Assembly: GCA_030549895.1 (NCBI GenBank)
Contig: JAUQQM010000003.1
Location: forward strand, 1-48,488
Reading direction: 5' to 3'
Source: Patescibacteria group bacterium
Lineage (GTDB): Bacteria; Patescibacteriota; Minisyncoccia; UBA6257; HR35
DNA length: 48,488 nt
Shown piece after piece: positions 45,462 to 48,488 of this stretch. The notes under the pieces are model-generated. The model made no database searches. It saw only the letters and a program-made list of their open reading frames with translations, and was not told where the DNA came from. The first letter of the stretch is position 1, and each line of letters opens with the position of its first letter. A program made the translations under genes and the position numbers.

Positions 45462-46541
45462 TTAAGCCTCAGCAACACCAAATTCTACTTCTTCTTGTGG
45501 CCTTTCAACTGATCTTACATCTATTTTCCAGCCAGTAAGTTTTGCTGCCAGTCTTACATTTTGTCCGTTTTTTCCTATTGCTAGAGAAAGTTGATCTTCA
45601 GGAACAAAAACTTGAATTGTTCTTTTCTCAATAACTTTTATATCTTGAACTTTTGCTGGTGCTAAAGCATTAATTACAAATTTTTCTGGATTTGGATCCC
45701 ATAAAATAATATCTATTTTTTCACCATTAAGTTCATTAATGATTGTCAAAATTCTTGAGCCTTTTGGCCCAACACAAGAACCAATTGGATCAATATTTTC
45801 TTTTAAAGAAACTACGGCAACTTTAGATCTTAAACCAGGTTCTCTAGCTATCGCTTTTATCTCTATGATGCCTTCAGCAACTTCAGGAATTTCAACAAAA
45901 AAGAGTCTCTTTAAAAATTCTGGATGTGATCTTGAAAGGTAAACTTCTACTCCTTTTGGTGTTCTTTCAACAGCATAAACGTAAAATCTTAGTCTAAGTC
46001 CAGATCTATATTTTTCATTTGGTATTGCCTCTGAAATAAACATTGTCCCCAAAACTCTCCCAAGATCAACATAAATTACTCTTGGCTCTACTTTCTGAAT
46101 TGTTCCAGAAACAATATCATTTTCTTTTGCTTTAAACTCTTCATAAGTAACTTCCTTTTCTATTTCTTTTAACCTTTGCAAAATTACCTGTCGAGCTACT
46201 TGAGCAGCTATTCGAGAATAATCCTGTGTGCCTTCTATAGGAATAAAAACTTCATCTCCAACTTTTACATCTTTTTTTATCTTTTGAGCTTCAGAAAGAC
46301 TTATCTGTCTTTCTGGTTTTGTTTCTTTTCCATCTTCAACTACCGTTTTTACAATATAAAAATCAATTGTATTTCTTTCAAGATCAATTTTTGCCTTAAC
46401 AATATTTTCTTTAAGAGCCCTTTCTTTTTTAAGAGCTGCACCTAAAGAGTCTTCAAGTGCTTGCCACACTCTTTCTTGAGGTATCATTCTTTCTTTAGCG
46501 ATTGTCGATATATAGTCTTTTAATGCTTGAAGATTGATCAT
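45462..46541 (-). CDS. nusA: transcription termination/antitermination factor NusA (no AR repeats)
   Basis: 359 aa. N-terminal domain, S1 domain (IVSGTIQKVEPRVIYVDLG), two KH domains (DPIGSCVGPKGSRI and LSLAIGKNGQNVRLA). Confidence 0.9.
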   Translation of the reverse strand: MINLQALKDYISTIAKERMIPQERVWQALEDSLGAALKKERALKENIVKAKIDLERNTIDFYIVKTVVEDGKETKPERQISLSEAQKIKKDVKVGDEVFIPIEGTQDYSRIAAQVARQVILQRLKEIEKEVTYEEFKAKENDIVSGTIQKVEPRVIYVDLGRVLGTMFISEAIPNEKYRSGLRLRFYVYAVERTPKGVEVYLSRSHPEFLKRLFFVEIPEVAEGIIEIKAIAREPGLRSKVAVVSLKENIDPIGSCVGPKGSRILTIINELNGEKIDIILWDPNPEKFVINALAPAKVQDIKVIEKRTIQVFVPEDQLSLAIGKNGQNVRLAAKLTGWKIDVRSVERPQEEVEFGVAEA

Positions 46542-46547
46542 AAATTA

Positions 46548-46578
46548 ATTTTATCATAAAATTTTTATCCTTTATAAT
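46548..46578. promoter_or_regulatory. back-to-back -10 boxes for nusA (-) and ORF 46585 (+)
   Basis: Minus strand TGATAAAAT (46548-46556) is 6 nt from the nusA ATG. Plus strand TATAAT (46573-46578) is 6 nt from ATG 46585. Confidence 0.45.
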
Positions 46579-46584
46579 TTTAAA

Positions 46585-47682
46585 ATGCGAGGCTATATTG
46601 TCTTTATAGTCATTTTAACCCTAATTTTCCTTCTAAGTGGTGGTGTTTATCTTTTTTTTAAAAATTTTCAATTTCCAAAAGAAAATATACCTAAAACAGT
46701 CTTAAAAAAACATATTATCCCTCAAGAAAGTCAACCAAAAATAACAAAAAGACAAACTCAAATTGAAAGCCAGAAAAAATCCCAACTAACATTCAGTCCT
46801 TATATTAAAACTAAGATAAATCTTCTTTCAAAAAGCGAAGATAGAATTTTAAGATTTGAACTTTATGGTTATGATTTTTTAAATAATGAGGAAATTAAAA
46901 ATTTCCAAATAAAGGTACTTCCAATTTTTAAAGACTGGAAATATTCTGGAAAATACTTTCAAATTTCAAATATTCCAAATGAAAATATAACTATTATTGC
47001 CAGGGCAGTCAACAAAAATTTCCAAACAGGTAAAGAAGATATTTTAAACTTCAAAAGTACTCTTTCCCCATTTGCAAAAAATCTTAAAATAACTCTGACA
47101 AGGTTTTCAAGCCCTCAAGAAATTCAAATTCAAAACATAGGTACAAGCTCTGTAAATCTTGAAGGGTTTAAAATAAAAACTTCTCTTATAAATCTTACTT
47201 TAGAAAAAACTAATAAAGTTCTTTATCCATTACTTTTTGAGACTAAAGAAAGTCTAATTTTAAACCCTGGAGAAAGATTAATTCTCCTTGCTCAAAAAAG
47301 TCCTGTAGGAATAAATTTTAAAATAAATAGATGTCTACATTTTTACCCTGGATTAGAAAATTTTAAAGAAGGTACTTGTTTTTTACCAGAAATTCCAAAT
47401 TATCTTCCAGCTAAATGTAAAGAAAAAATTTCTCGTCTTACTTGTAGATTTATTGATCCTAGTACTATTTCAAAAGAATTTGGATTTTTTTATGAATGTC
47501 AAAAGTTTGTTGAAGAAAATTTCACCTATAAAGGTTGTTTCGAAAAAAACAATCAGAAAAAAGATTTCCACGAAAATAAATGGTATTATTTCCTTGGAGA
47601 AAGAACTCTAGTAGAAAAATTTGATGAATTAATATTTTTAGATCCTAATGGGCTAGTTATTGAAAAAGTTCAAATAAGATGA
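46585..47682 (+). CDS. hypothetical membrane-anchored protein with possible lamin-tail-like beta domain and Cys-rich C-terminus
   Basis: 365 aa. N-terminal TM helix. Central EIQIQNIGTSSVNLEGFKIK ... LNPGERLILLA resembles the LTD pattern. Seven Cys in the last 120 residues. Confidence 0.6.
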   Translation: MRGYIVFIVILTLIFLLSGGVYLFFKNFQFPKENIPKTVLKKHIIPQESQPKITKRQTQIESQKKSQLTFSPYIKTKINLLSKSEDRILRFELYGYDFLNNEEIKNFQIKVLPIFKDWKYSGKYFQISNIPNENITIIARAVNKNFQTGKEDILNFKSTLSPFAKNLKITLTRFSSPQEIQIQNIGTSSVNLEGFKIKTSLINLTLEKTNKVLYPLLFETKESLILNPGERLILLAQKSPVGINFKINRCLHFYPGLENFKEGTCFLPEIPNYLPAKCKEKISRLTCRFIDPSTISKEFGFFYECQKFVEENFTYKGCFEKNNQKKDFHENKWYYFLGERTLVEKFDELIFLDPNGLVIEKVQIR

Positions 47683-48023
47683 ATAAGGGTAAACTTTCTG
47701 AAAAACTTGTAGAAAATTTTCTTGTTAAAAATGGTTATGAAATTTTAGATAAAAATTTTAGATTTTCAAAAATGGGTGAAATAGACATTGTTGCTCTTAA
47801 AAAAAATAAAATTCACTGTATTGAAGTAAAATCAGGAAAATTTATGCTCTGGGAAAAAATAACTTCAAAAAAATTTAGAAATATTAAAAGAACATTTCAA
47901 ATTTGGCTAAAACTCCACAGCTTTAAATATAAAGATTTAGACTATGAAATTGATCTTGCTCAAGTAAAAATATTTAAGAAAAAATATAAAATAAAGATAC
48001 TTCATAATATAACAAAAAATTAA
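47679..48023 (+). CDS. yraN: YraN family (UPF0102) endonuclease-like protein
   Basis: 114 aa. GKLSEKLVENFLVKNGYEILDKNFR...GEIDIVA......H.IEVKS. Confidence 0.75.
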   Translation: MNKGKLSEKLVENFLVKNGYEILDKNFRFSKMGEIDIVALKKNKIHCIEVKSGKFMLWEKITSKKFRNIKRTFQIWLKLHSFKYKDLDYEIDLAQVKIFKKKYKIKILHNITKN

Positions 48024-48030
48024 CCCTTAA

Positions 48031-48488
48031 CTACTTAGTAGCCTCATATAGGCTTTTAATTTCAACAGGCGAAAGGGCGCGGTTGTAAATTCTAACTTCA
48101 TCAATGAAACCGTTGAAATAATTTTCATTAATATGCTTTTGGGCTAAGCTTAATGGAATGCCTATCAAATTAAACGTGGTACCTATACTTTGAGAAAAAG
48201 TACCATCAACATAACCTCGCAGCCTCATTCCATCGTATGTTATTACTATATGTTTCCATACCCCAATAGGAAGACTTGGATTTACTCCCGCTAAATTCCA
48301 TGATCCAAACTGTGTTTCCCCTGTGGACCTAATCAACCAATGGTGCGCTCCTGTACCTTCATTTCCTAATAATAATATCCAAGACCTATTTGGGGGTAAA
48401 ATAGATACTTTAATCCATGCTTCAATGGAGTGAATAGTATTACCCGTTGATAAACCTGAAACTGAAGCTACATTCACATAATCATCCA
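48031..48488 (-). CDS. LamG / concanavalin A-like lectin domain protein, C-terminal part (open to the window edge)
   Basis: IEAWIK, WKHIVITYDG..LRGYVDG, F.GFIDEVRIYNRALSPVEIKSLY is the classic Laminin_G_3 ending. The track start codon is GTG and the frame stays open to 48488. GC content is visibly higher than the neighbours. Confidence 0.75.
   Translation of the reverse strand, partial: DDYVNVASVSGLSTGNTIHSIEAWIKVSILPPNRSWILLLGNEGTGAHHWLIRSTGETQFGSWNLAGVNPSLPIGVWKHIVITYDGMRLRGYVDGTFSQSIGTTFNLIGIPLSLAQKHINENYFNGFIDEVRIYNRALSPVEIKSLYEATK

Overview
AT-rich (roughly 30% GC outside the rRNAs), extremely compact bacterial window. About 60 protein genes have short or overlapping junctions. Gene content and style suggest a reduced Patescibacteria/CPR-like genome: a type IV pilin, single-domain proteins, a divergent 16S, and 16S unlinked from 23S-5S. 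All protein calls rest on motifs I recognise in the supplied translations; no searches were run.

Contents, in order:
- tRNA-Ser(GGA)
- 16S rRNA (+) enclosed by a perfect 24-bp processing stem
- a CheY-like receiver, a pilin and ThiI
- a long minus-strand block of ribosomal protein, RNA polymerase and translation genes in a heavily scrambled order: S18, L17, catalytic-core-only AlaRS, L5, L24, L21, RpoA without a C-terminal domain, S4, S11, S13, L36, IF-1, TrmD, KH protein, GAPDH, RmuC, L14, S3, L22, S19, L9, ParB
- a plus-strand block: LepA, Ni-superoxide dismutase plus its SodX protease, an S1-domain protein, FtsH
- tRNA-Ile(UAU), rpoC, rpoB, recG and three hypothetical proteins
- tmRNA placed 12 nt downstream of RNase P RNA
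- M16 peptidase, PEBP, LemA, L4, L3, S10, EF-Tu
- S6, SSB, L28, RuvC, HU and a HolA-like protein
- 5S and 23S rRNA (-)
- PyrH, RsmI, NusA, an LTD-like membrane protein, YraN and a partial LamG-domain protein

Main observations:
1. The 16S 3' tail lacks the CCUCC anti-Shine-Dalgarno core. Most operon-first genes, and even RNA genes, have a -10 box (often TGnTATAAT) 5-11 nt from the start, which implies leaderless transcripts. Three palindromic ATTATAAT boxes appear to serve divergent genes.
2. Upstream of the 23S there is a consensus promoter, a 9-codon near-leaderless ORF, and mutually exclusive antiterminator and terminator hairpins. This looks like an attenuator.
3. rnpB and ssrA lie in tandem.
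4. AlaRS is minimal, RpoA lacks its C-terminal domain, and a tRNA-Ile(UAU) is present.
5. The ribosomal protein operon order is scrambled.

No CRISPR array, transposase, integrase or recognisable defence system was seen. Promoter calls in such AT-rich DNA are inherently uncertain.
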